A DNA stretch of 64,000 nucleotides from the NCBI GenBank assembly GCA_018654605.1, contig JABILG010000014.1:12626-76625 (forward strand), in the 5' to 3' direction. Of the stretch, positions 37,952-47,094 are shown in pieces. Origin of the DNA: a bacterium (lineage in GTDB: Bacteria > Desulfobacterota_D > UBA1144). The first letter of the stretch is position 1, and each line of letters opens with the position of its first letter. Both the position numbers and the translations under genes were made by a program. Below the pieces are notes generated by a model. That model was not told the DNA's origin and ran no database searches. It was given only the letters and a program-made list of their open reading frames with translations.

Positions 37952-40675
37952 CTAGATATCTTTTTGCATTTGATTGCTGCATTTTAAACATAGATTAGAA
38001 TCATCCCTATCGAAGGATTCTGGATTAAAATGCATCCAGCATCTTTCACATTTGTTAAATAAAGTTTTCTCAACTTTAATATCAAGTTCAGACTTATCAG
38101 TCTCAGAAATTTCAATTTCAGATACAATCAAAGTTTTCTTGAGTATTGAAATATTCTTAAAATAGAAATCAAAGTCCTCACTGTTAACACCGAGGAGGAT
38201 TTTGGCTTCAAGAGAAGAGCCTAAAATCTTATTAGTTCTCATTAATTCAATTTCTTTTAATATTGGCTCTCTTATGCTTATTATCTTGTCCCACTTATCT
38301 TCTAGTTTAGGATCTAAATATAGTCTATCAGATAGCTTACTCTCAAATATTGTTGATCCATTATATCTTTCAGACCAAGCCTCTTCTGCTGTAAACGAAA
38401 TTATAGGTGAAAGCATTAGTGAAAGCTCTCTAAATATTATAGAAATTGAGGACTGAGTTGAAAGTCTTTCAATTGAATTTTTAGAAAATGTATACAATAC
38501 ATCTTTCTGAGAATCCAAATATATTGAACTTAATTCTTTTGATGAAAAGAACAATAAGGCATTCAATGCTTGATGAAATGAATACTCATTACTTAAATCA
38601 AGAAACTGGGTTTTAACTTTAGAGAACTTAATCAGTATCCACTTATCAATCTCCTCTAATTTATCAAAATTAAGAATATCTTCATCTCTAAAATCACTTA
38701 GATTACCAAGTAAGAATTTAAAAGTATTTCTAATCTTTTTATATTTGTCCTTTATACTTTGTAAAATATTATCAGAAATACGAATTTCCGAAGAGTAATC
38801 CTCGCTTGCAACCCACAATCTTAAAATATCTGCACCATTTTCGTTAATTATCTTCTCTGGGTCTACAACATTACCTTTTGACTTGGACATCTTTTGGCCT
38901 TTATCATCTACTACAAAACCATGTGTGAGTACATTTCTATATGGGGCTATATCCTTTGTTGCAACTGATGTTAACAGGCTGCTTTGAAACCACCCTCTAT
39001 GTTGATCGTTGCCTTCTAAATATAAATCTGCAGGATATGATTCGTTTTCAACTAAGACTGTCTTCCATGAGGTTCCAGAATCAAACCAAACGTCAAGTGT
39101 GTCCTCCCCTTTTTTTAGATTAATCGCTTCAAACTTATACTCCTCAGGTAGAAGCTCTTCAACTTCATACTTCCACCACGCAGAAGAACCTTCCTTCTTA
39201 AATAAGTTAATAATATTTTCTATGATATCTTTATTTAAAAAGACTTCTCCTGTTTCGATATAATAAAAAACAGGGATAGGAAGTCCCCAAGATCTTTGCC
39301 TTGAAATACACCAATCTGATCTTTCTTTTATCATATTAGTGATTCTATTAACAATGGATGGAGGGTACCATTTCACTTTTTCAATTTCGTCTAAAGATTT
39401 CTTTCTAAATTTGTCAACAGAAGCAAACCATTGATAAGTAGCTCTGAAGATTGTTGGCTTACCTGTTCGCCAATCGTATGGATACTTATGCTCATAGTCT
39501 TCCAAAAGAAGAAGCAAGCCTGTTTCATCTAAAATTTTTATAACTTTCTCGTTCCCTTCTTTTAATACATTTAAGCCGGCCAGAAACTCAGGTACTTCAT
39601 CGGTAAATCTACCTGCAGGATCAACAGGTGAAAAAATTTCTAAATTATTTTTTACTCCAGTGGAGTAGTCATCAATTCCATGGCCAGGGGCAGTATGAAC
39701 AAGACCTGTACCGGTCTCACGAGTAACATAATCAGCCAGAAGTATAGGACACTCTTCGCCAGAGATGGGTGAAAAATATTTTAAGTTTTGAAGGTCCTTG
39801 CCTGATATCGTCTTTATTAAGACTAGCTTTCTCTTAATTTTATCACTAATTAGTTTAGATAGCTCCAATTCAACTACTATAAAATCTTTATCATGTTGAA
39901 ATAATCCATACTCAAAATCTTTGTTAACTGATATTGCTTTATTTGCTGGAAGCGTCCAAGGTGTTGTAGTCCAAACCAAAAAGTATAGCTCACCTTCGAT
40001 CTTAAGCTTGAGTTTTAATGATACATTAGGAGTTGCTTTACATTTAACGTACACACTTTTTGAAACATGATGTTCTGGATATTCTAATTCAGCTTCAGCT
40101 AAAGCAGTTCTCGAACTAGGGCTCCAATTTACTGGCTTTAAACCTCTATAAATAAAACCACTAAAAAACATTTCAGAAAAGACTTTAATTTGATTAGCCT
40201 CAAAATCCTCATTCATTGTTAAATATGGATTCTCCCAATCACCAATGACTCCTAATCTTTGAAACTCATCTCTTTGAGATTTCACGAATTTCATAGCAAA
40301 ATCCTCGCAATTATTTCTGATTTCTAATTTAGTTATATCCTTAGTCTTAATCTTTTTTAGAACTTGATGTTCGATTGGAAGGCCATGGCAGTCCCATCCA
40401 GGAATATAATTGACACTTTTTCCAATAGATGAATTATATTTTAAAATAATATCTTTCAGTATTTTGTTAAAACAATGTCCAATATGTATTTTTCCATTAG
40501 CAAAGGGTGGTCCATCATGTAAAACGAAAATATCATCAGACTTTGATTGCATAATCTTATAGATATTCTTCGAATCCCAAAACTTTAGAATCTCAGGCTC
40601 TTTAACAGAGAGGTTTGCCCTCATTTGAAAATTAGTCTTTGGTAAATTTAAAGTCTTGTTATAATCTTGGCTCAA
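37952..40675 (-). CDS. ileS: Isoleucine--tRNA ligase
   Basis: HIGH region (GKIHIGH), KMSKS, an editing-domain insertion and a C-terminal CxxC...CxxC zinc finger. TTG start gives (M)SQDYNKTLNLPKT, as in the E. coli N-terminus. Confidence 0.95.
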   Translation of the reverse strand: MSQDYNKTLNLPKTNFQMRANLSVKEPEILKFWDSKNIYKIMQSKSDDIFVLHDGPPFANGKIHIGHCFNKILKDIILKYNSSIGKSVNYIPGWDCHGLPIEHQVLKKIKTKDITKLEIRNNCEDFAMKFVKSQRDEFQRLGVIGDWENPYLTMNEDFEANQIKVFSEMFFSGFIYRGLKPVNWSPSSRTALAEAELEYPEHHVSKSVYVKCKATPNVSLKLKLKIEGELYFLVWTTTPWTLPANKAISVNKDFEYGLFQHDKDFIVVELELSKLISDKIKRKLVLIKTISGKDLQNLKYFSPISGEECPILLADYVTRETGTGLVHTAPGHGIDDYSTGVKNNLEIFSPVDPAGRFTDEVPEFLAGLNVLKEGNEKVIKILDETGLLLLLEDYEHKYPYDWRTGKPTIFRATYQWFASVDKFRKKSLDEIEKVKWYPPSIVNRITNMIKERSDWCISRQRSWGLPIPVFYYIETGEVFLNKDIIENIINLFKKEGSSAWWKYEVEELLPEEYKFEAINLKKGEDTLDVWFDSGTSWKTVLVENESYPADLYLEGNDQHRGWFQSSLLTSVATKDIAPYRNVLTHGFVVDDKGQKMSKSKGNVVDPEKIINENGADILRLWVASEDYSSEIRISDNILQSIKDKYKKIRNTFKFLLGNLSDFRDEDILNFDKLEEIDKWILIKFSKVKTQFLDLSNEYSFHQALNALLFFSSKELSSIYLDSQKDVLYTFSKNSIERLSTQSSISIIFRELSLMLSPIISFTAEEAWSERYNGSTIFESKLSDRLYLDPKLEDKWDKIISIREPILKEIELMRTNKILGSSLEAKILLGVNSEDFDFYFKNISILKKTLIVSEIEISETDKSELDIKVEKTLFNKCERCWMHFNPESFDRDDSNLCLKCSNQMQKDI

Positions 40676-41017
40676 TTATTTCCCTTTAAGAATCTTAGAG
40701 ATATTATCATAAATTCTTCTAGAAAAAAGGACCCATTGATCCCAAATATCATTATTATAATTCTCTTGACTTACCGTCTTAACAATTCTTATTCCGTATT
40801 CTTCCTCGGTTAATTCTATATCATCATCATCCTTAATCATAGACATGAATACTGAACTCAATTTATGCATTATCTGAACATTCTTCACTTCTATATCTCT
40901 AAATTCTGTAATTAGAAGTTGAACCCCCCTAATTTTTGAACCACCAGCCATCATTGTGGACCCCATTCCCCATCCTTTCTTTGCTCTCGGAGTTTCGGAC
41001 CTTATCTGCATCTCCAT
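40676..41017 (-). CDS. Hypothetical protein (113 aa) abutting ileS
   Basis: ORF only. Gly/Met-rich N-terminus and an acidic patch DDDDIELTEEE. Its stop codon is immediately followed by the ileS TTG start. Confidence 0.45.
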   Translation of the reverse strand: MEMQIRSETPRAKKGWGMGSTMMAGGSKIRGVQLLITEFRDIEVKNVQIMHKLSSVFMSMIKDDDDIELTEEEYGIRIVKTVSQENYNNDIWDQWVLFSRRIYDNISKILKGK

Positions 41018-41070
41018 TAATTTATATGATACACCGTTTTCTAAATATTTTTATAATAATAAAGAAAAAT

Positions 41071-42480
41071 ATGATAGATTTAAGCTTATACATGTATGAC
41101 TACGATATAACAATTATTGGTGGCGGCCCTGGTGGATACGTAGCCGCAATAGAGGCCTCAAGAAAGGGGCTAAAGACGGCCCTAATAGAAAAAGACTCCT
41201 TGGGGGGTACTTGTCTCAACAATGGCTGTATTCCCTCTAAATCTCTTCTTAAATCTGCGGAAATTGCTGATTTGCTGAACAATAAAGCTAAAAAAAGAGG
41301 TTTTACTTTTGATAATTTATCATGTGACTATGAATTAATAGTTAACAATAGTAAAAAAAATACTAAAAGACTAAAAAGTGGTCTTACAAGCCTACTTTCG
41401 ACAAAAAATATTGATATTTTTTATGGCTTAGCTTCATTTAATACTCCCAATGAAGTAAGCATCAAAGAAGCTGGAAAAGAAATAAAAATTTCATCTGAAA
41501 AGATAATAATTTCGACTGGTTCAAAGCCTTTTTTTCCTAAAAACCTTATCCCTAATGGTAAAAGAATAGTTGATAGTGATTTTGTATTAGATTCAAAAAG
41601 CCTACCTAAAAGTATTTGCATAATAGGTGGTGGGTATATCGGTATTGAATTTGCATACCTCTATAGTAGTTTTGGTGTAAAAGTATCTATTGTAGAAAGT
41701 TCAGATTCAATCCTAGGATTTGTTGACAAAGAGATAGTCGATGAGTTAAGAAAGAACTACTTAAAAAGAGGGATTAAGATATACGAATCAACCAAAGCTA
41801 AAATAATAAAAGAAACATCTACAGAGATAAGGGTATCATTAATTGATTCAGAGGATGAACTCGAAATAGACTTTGATTTAATTCTTGTATCTACAGGAAG
41901 AGTCCCAAATACTGAGAGCCTTAATTTAAAAGATTCAGGAGTTGTTGTTGATGACTTCGGTTTTATTAAAGTCGACAAGAACTTCAAAACAAATATAGAA
42001 AATATTTATGCAATTGGTGATGTAATTGGAGGGTCAATGCTTGCGCATAAAGCATCCGAGGAAGGATCTCAAGTTGTAGACTGTATTGTAAATGCCAATT
42101 TTATTTCTTCAGAACATATAATTCCTGCATGTATCTATTGTCAGCCAGAGATTTCCTATGTAGGTATCTCAGAGGAAATGGCAAAAGAAATGAAGATTTC
42201 TTACAAAGTCTCTAAGTACCCTTTTAAAGCGAATGGAAAGTCGTTGGCAGATGATAATGTAAGCGGTTTCTGTAAATTAATAAGTGATAAAAATGATGAC
42301 ATCTTAGGTGCTCATATCATTGGCAAAGGGTGCTCTGAGATGATTTCGGAAATAACTCTAGTAATGCAGAATAAACTTTCACTAGAGTCTGTTGTTAATA
42401 CTGTGCATCCACACCCTACTCTATCAGAAATTTTCTTAGAAGCTACATTAAGCATCAAAGGAAAAGGAAGGAATTCATAA
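41071..42480 (+). CDS. lpdA: Dihydrolipoyl dehydrogenase
   Basis: IIGGGPGGYVAA, the redox disulfide GGTCLNNGCIPSK and HPHPTLSE. The N-terminal 45 codons of the ORF track overlap the divergent gene and look non-coding. The start is ATG 41071 or 41092. Confidence 0.9.
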   Translation: MIDLSLYMYDYDITIIGGGPGGYVAAIEASRKGLKTALIEKDSLGGTCLNNGCIPSKSLLKSAEIADLLNNKAKKRGFTFDNLSCDYELIVNNSKKNTKRLKSGLTSLLSTKNIDIFYGLASFNTPNEVSIKEAGKEIKISSEKIIISTGSKPFFPKNLIPNGKRIVDSDFVLDSKSLPKSICIIGGGYIGIEFAYLYSSFGVKVSIVESSDSILGFVDKEIVDELRKNYLKRGIKIYESTKAKIIKETSTEIRVSLIDSEDELEIDFDLILVSTGRVPNTESLNLKDSGVVVDDFGFIKVDKNFKTNIENIYAIGDVIGGSMLAHKASEEGSQVVDCIVNANFISSEHIIPACIYCQPEISYVGISEEMAKEMKISYKVSKYPFKANGKSLADDNVSGFCKLISDKNDDILGAHIIGKGCSEMISEITLVMQNKLSLESVVNTVHPHPTLSEIFLEATLSIKGKGRNS

Positions 42481-42482
42481 TA

Positions 42483-43607
42483 ATGATAAACAAAAAGAGG
42501 CTTATTAAAACTTTTACAGATTTAGTTAAGATTGATAGTGAATCGAGAAATGAAGTAGATGTTGCAAGGTACATAAAAAATAAGCTAAATAAACTTGGTA
42601 TAAAATATAAAATTGATAAGTCTGCCGTGTTAACTAAATCTAACCATGGCAATATTATTGCTAAACTTGGATCCAAGAAGAACCTACCAACCATTCTGCT
42701 TTCCTCTCATATGGATACAGTAACAAATGGGTTAGGTATTAAACCTGTTATTAAAAGAGATAGTATAACAAGTGATGGTAGAACAATATTGGGAGCAGAT
42801 GACAAGAGTGGTCTTGCTATAATACTAGAGACCTTGGAGATTCTTAAAAGAAAGAAGTTAAATCACTACAATGTAGAAGCAGCTATAACGACCTGTGAAG
42901 AAATAGGACTATTGGGCGCCAAATTTTTAGATTACAACTTATTAAATTCAAGAGAAGGAATAGTGCTAGACAGCACTAGCCCAGAAAGACTAGTGTACAA
43001 AGGTCCTAGCTCTGACTACTTCAATATCATCGTTCAAGGGGTAGAGGCTCATTCGGGAATTAATCCTGAAAAAGGAATAAGCTCTATAACGGCATCTGCG
43101 GACATAATATCAAAGATGAGAACGGGGAGAATAAATTCAAATAGTACAATAAATATTGGTAAAATTAATGGTGGTTCCGCGATTAACATCGTTCCTGGAA
43201 GAACTGAAATCAATTGTGAAATACGGAGTCACAATGAAAATACTATCAAAATAGAGCTTGGGAAGATTAAAAAAATCATCGAGAATGTTAATAAAAAATA
43301 TAAGAAAATAAATAAAAAATTTAACGCAAAAATAAAAATTAATAGAATATATGATTCAATTAATATTCCAAAAAATAGCCTAATAATCAAAAACATCCTT
43401 AAAACATGCAAGCAGTTCGATTACAAAATAGATTTGGTTGAAACTGGCGGTGGAGCTGACGCTAACTTTTTTGTTAAAAATGGCGTGAACACTGTAAATC
43501 TCGGAACAGGAATGAGAGAGTTCCATACCGTAAAAGAAAAACTCATATTAAAAGAATTTTTTCAATCTGCAAACATAGTGATTAATTCATTAATTGTTAA
43601 AAGTTAG
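42483..43607 (+). CDS. M20-family metallopeptidase (peptidase T-like)
   Basis: SHMDTV, GADDKSGLA and EEIGLLGA metal-binding motifs. Confidence 0.75.
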   Translation: MINKKRLIKTFTDLVKIDSESRNEVDVARYIKNKLNKLGIKYKIDKSAVLTKSNHGNIIAKLGSKKNLPTILLSSHMDTVTNGLGIKPVIKRDSITSDGRTILGADDKSGLAIILETLEILKRKKLNHYNVEAAITTCEEIGLLGAKFLDYNLLNSREGIVLDSTSPERLVYKGPSSDYFNIIVQGVEAHSGINPEKGISSITASADIISKMRTGRINSNSTINIGKINGGSAINIVPGRTEINCEIRSHNENTIKIELGKIKKIIENVNKKYKKINKKFNAKIKINRIYDSINIPKNSLIIKNILKTCKQFDYKIDLVETGGGADANFFVKNGVNTVNLGTGMREFHTVKEKLILKEFFQSANIVINSLIVKS

Positions 43608-44275
43608 ATGTTATCTATAGCTTGATCTGTTATCTCGGAATAATCATTAATAATTACGTCTGCATTTGTGAGAAATTCTTTTCCTACAGAATTTGTAATA
43701 GCAAAACACTTCATTCCTGCATTCTTTGCTGCTTCAACTCCTTTAGACGTATCTTCTATAACTACACATTCATTCGCACTTATTTGATAAGTATAGTTAA
43801 CTCTATCAAGTAGCAGGATGTAAGTTTCTGGATTTGGTTTTGGATAAGTAGTTTCATCAGACGAGACAATCTCCTCAAAATTAGACAACAAGCCTTCCCT
43901 CTTAAGGACTCTAACTATTTCTTCTCTTCGTGCACCAGAACCAATTCCTAAGACATACCTTTTAGATAGTCTTTTGACTAGTTCAACAGAACCGGAATAT
44001 ATAGAAGTTTCTGAATCAAAATTCTTATCAAAAAAGAAATGTTTTTCTTTTATAAGTTTATCAATAAGGACTTTATCGTTCGGAATTTGATTATCTTCTA
44101 AGAAGTTCTTAAAAAAACCTTTATCGTCATATGAACAATAAGTTTTATAATAAACTTCTTTTGTTATTTCTACCTTTAAGGGTTTAAGTGCATAGTTGAA
44201 TGATTTAAAATGAAGAGGCTCTGAATCATATATAACACCATCAAAATCGAATATAACGAGCTTTTTCTCTCTCAT
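43604..44275 (-). CDS. HAD-IA hydrolase (beta-phosphoglucomutase/phosphatase-like)
   Basis: VIFDFDGVIYDSE, GSGAR and the EDTSKGVEAAKNAG motif. Confidence 0.75.
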   Translation of the reverse strand: MREKKLVIFDFDGVIYDSEPLHFKSFNYALKPLKVEITKEVYYKTYCSYDDKGFFKNFLEDNQIPNDKVLIDKLIKEKHFFFDKNFDSETSIYSGSVELVKRLSKRYVLGIGSGARREEIVRVLKREGLLSNFEEIVSSDETTYPKPNPETYILLLDRVNYTYQISANECVVIEDTSKGVEAAKNAGMKCFAITNSVGKEFLTNADVIINDYSEITDQAIDNI

Positions 44276-44362
44276 AAGCCTTTATCATATATTCTTTTAT
44301 GCTTGATGTGAAGACATAATTTAAGTTTGAAAACGAATTAAAAGATAATATAATAGAAATCT

Positions 44363-45334
44363 ATGTTCATACGTGGAAGAAGATTAAGACAAAATGAAAA
44401 TATTAGAAATCTAGTTGAGGAGACTTCTATCTCTGTTAATGATTTGATAATGCCCATATTCTTAATGGATGGTAAGAATAAGTCTGAAAAGATAGATTCA
44501 ATGCCAGGCATATTCAGAAAAACGTTAGATGAACAACTAAAAGATATAGATTCAGCAATAAATTTAGGAATAAATGCATTAATAATTTTCCCGTCTATTA
44601 ATGAGAAATTAAAAGATTCCCTTGGCAAAGAAGCTCTAAATAAAAAAGGACTTGTACCTAAAGCCATATCTATTATTAAGAAGAAGTTCCCTAGAATTCT
44701 TGTTATTACTGATGTGGCACTTGATCCATATAATTCTGACGGACATGATGGGGTTCTGAAAGATGGAGAAATACTTAATGATAAAACAGTTGAAATTTTA
44801 TGTAGACAAGCTTGTATTCACGCAGAATTTGGTGCAGATATTGTAGCACCATCCGATATGATGGATGGTCGTGTAGCAAAGATAAGAGAGGCTTTAGATA
44901 GAAAAGGTTTTCTTAATACAGCAATTATGTCATATGCTGCCAAATTTGCCTCTTCACTCTATGGACCTTTTAGAGAGGCTTTAAATTCGAAGCCTAAAGT
45001 CGGTGATAAGAAATCTTATCAAATCAATCCTAAAAACTATAGAGAAGCTATCAAGGAGGTACTACTTGATGAAGCCGAAGGTGCTGATTTATTAATAGTC
45101 AAACCTGCTTCTTTATATCTAGATGTAATCAAAACATCATCAGAGGCATCTGTCCTACCCATAATTGCATATCAAGTAAGCGGCGAGTACTCGATGATTA
45201 AATCTGCGGCACAAAAAGGTTACATTGATAACGATAGTGTTATGAGAGAATCCCTAGAATCAATGAAACGAGCTGGGGCTACGGCAATTATTACCTATTT
45301 CGCACTTGAAATGGCTAAACTATTAAAAAACTAA
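44363..45334 (+). CDS. hemB: Porphobilinogen synthase (delta-aminolevulinate dehydratase), Asp-rich (non-Zn) metal-site type
   Basis: RGRRLR, PSDMMDGRV, the two active-site Lys contexts (AAKFAS, LIVKPA) and YQVSGEY. The metal site reads DVALDPYNSDGHDG, not the Cys-rich DxCxCxY...GHCG of Zn enzymes. Confidence 0.92.
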   Translation: MFIRGRRLRQNENIRNLVEETSISVNDLIMPIFLMDGKNKSEKIDSMPGIFRKTLDEQLKDIDSAINLGINALIIFPSINEKLKDSLGKEALNKKGLVPKAISIIKKKFPRILVITDVALDPYNSDGHDGVLKDGEILNDKTVEILCRQACIHAEFGADIVAPSDMMDGRVAKIREALDRKGFLNTAIMSYAAKFASSLYGPFREALNSKPKVGDKKSYQINPKNYREAIKEVLLDEAEGADLLIVKPASLYLDVIKTSSEASVLPIIAYQVSGEYSMIKSAAQKGYIDNDSVMRESLESMKRAGATAIITYFALEMAKLLKN

Positions 45335-45783
45335 CTTTGGAAGTAATCTTTGTAATTAAGTATAAAAACACCTGCTACAATTAGTATTGTTCCTATTATT
45401 TTTTCTATTGAAAAATCTTCTTTTAAAAAGATATAAGCATAAAAACATGTGAAAAGTGGATAAACTGCAGTTAGCGGAACTATCTTAGAGGCTGTAGAGT
45501 CTGACAAAGCATTAAAATATAGGAATATACCTAGAACAGCAAGAAGACCGGGTATAAGGATGATAAGAATATTTTTAAAATTTAACTCAGGCAAGAACAT
45601 AACTTGGTTTGTTGAAATAAAGAAAGGAACAAGGAGTGCTGCAACCAAAAAGAATCTAATACTAAGAATAAAGAGTGGGTTCATTGACTGAAGACTAATT
45701 TTCTCAAATATTGGTGCAAGTCCCCAGAGTGCTGCAACTATTAAGGCCAAAAGGTTTGGATTAATATTCATTAACAACCTCAA
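45331..45783 (-). CDS. Small EamA-domain (DMT superfamily) membrane protein
   Basis: 150 aa with a single EamA-like repeat of 4-5 TM helices. Confidence 0.6.
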   Translation of the reverse strand: MRLLMNINPNLLALIVAALWGLAPIFEKISLQSMNPLFILSIRFFLVAALLVPFFISTNQVMFLPELNFKNILIILIPGLLAVLGIFLYFNALSDSTASKIVPLTAVYPLFTCFYAYIFLKEDFSIEKIIGTILIVAGVFILNYKDYFQS

Positions 45784-46468
45784 AAATTTTACTAAAATTA
45801 GTACTTCTACATATATCTAAATTCTCATTAAATTCACCATCTCTATCAATTAAAATTGCCTTCATTCCAATCTTGGAGCTTGGGAGATAATCTAGATTAT
45901 AATTGTCACCTACATGAATGGATTCCCGAATATTCGCATCAGCTTTTTCTAATGATATATAAAACAATTCTTTATCGGGTTTTGAGAATCCAGACTCAGA
46001 TGAAATTGTGAAGTGGTCTACAAACTTATCAATCTCGAACTTCTTGCAAACACCATAAATCCTAGAATCAAAATTGGAAGTTATAAGAATGTTAAAACCA
46101 CTTTCTTTTAATCTTATTAGAGTTGGAACTGTATCTGAATAGACTTCCCATGCCTCGTGTGAAAAATATTCATATAAATCATCAAAATATTTATCAAAAT
46201 TATCGAACATACCTAATTCATTAAAAATATCTCTAACTAGCGCATACCACCATTCTTTTTCGGCAAGATATAAAGCTTTGCCACTAAGACCATTAAAATG
46301 AAGTCCTTTTCTATGTACAAAAAACTTCTTAAACGCTGATGAAATTTCTTTAGGACTATAAGAAACGTTATAATTCTTTAGTACTTCGTAATAACTTCCA
46401 CCTAAGCCTTTTTCAATATAGAAAAGCGTGTCTGCTGCATCAAATGAAATTGTGTTGTATCTGCTCAT
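45761..46468 (-). CDS. HAD-IA hydrolase (REG-2-like)
   Basis: ISFDAADTLF, TSNFDSR and HVGDNYNLDY. Confidence 0.7.
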   Translation of the reverse strand: MSRYNTISFDAADTLFYIEKGLGGSYYEVLKNYNVSYSPKEISSAFKKFFVHRKGLHFNGLSGKALYLAEKEWWYALVRDIFNELGMFDNFDKYFDDLYEYFSHEAWEVYSDTVPTLIRLKESGFNILITSNFDSRIYGVCKKFEIDKFVDHFTISSESGFSKPDKELFYISLEKADANIRESIHVGDNYNLDYLPSSKIGMKAILIDRDGEFNENLDICRSTNFSKIFEVVNEY

Positions 46469-46593
46469 AATAAAAGATTAAATATGATTATACCAGTTGT
46501 TACAAGAGATATGATTTATTTGTCAAAGCTTAAGTTCCTTGTGTCTACAGATACATAAAATAATACGAATTAAGAATCTAGAAGATAAAAGAA

Positions 46594-47094
46594 TTAGTTT
46601 CTACTAAATGAATTCTCAAAACCAAAATCTTTTAAAAAGTCTTTTACAATTTCTACTAACTCTAAATCATCAGAAGTTAGATTAACAACCTCTGTTGAAC
46701 AAGCTATATAATCAACGATTGACACAAAATCAGCATCTAAGCTTTTCTCTTGAAGCCAAACAAAAATTACAGCAACAGAATCTAGCCATGCATTAAGTGA
46801 ATACTCTTTGATTGTAAAATTTTTCGCCCTTCCATCATAGGAAAGGCCTTGGGAGTAGCTTCTAATTTTATCTAACGATCCAATAGAAATATTCGGTTTT
46901 TTTGACTCTAGATAAATGAGTCTAACTATAATGTTAAATACATCCAAAGATGATGATGATTGAAGGACTTCTTTTAAATCATTGTTAGTTATTGAACCAC
47001 CTAAGACCTCGATAGCATTGCTTACTGAGCTAACCCAGTCATCAAATAGTTTATTTTCTATACCTTTTTCTTTTATTAGCTGTTTTATATCCAT
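46594..47094 (-). CDS. Hypothetical protein (166 aa) coupled to metH
   Basis: ORF only. Its ATG overlaps the metH stop codon by 1 nt. Confidence 0.5.
   Translation of the reverse strand: MDIKQLIKEKGIENKLFDDWVSSVSNAIEVLGGSITNNDLKEVLQSSSSLDVFNIIVRLIYLESKKPNISIGSLDKIRSYSQGLSYDGRAKNFTIKEYSLNAWLDSVAVIFVWLQEKSLDADFVSIVDYIACSTEVVNLTSDDLELVEIVKDFLKDFGFENSFSRN

Noticed and set aside
40936-41070. N-terminal 45 codons of the 514-aa lpdA ORF as given in the ORF track.
   Set aside because: This part overlaps the divergent 113-aa gene and has no similarity to Lpd N-termini. The conserved dinucleotide fold begins just after the ATGs at 41071 and 41092.
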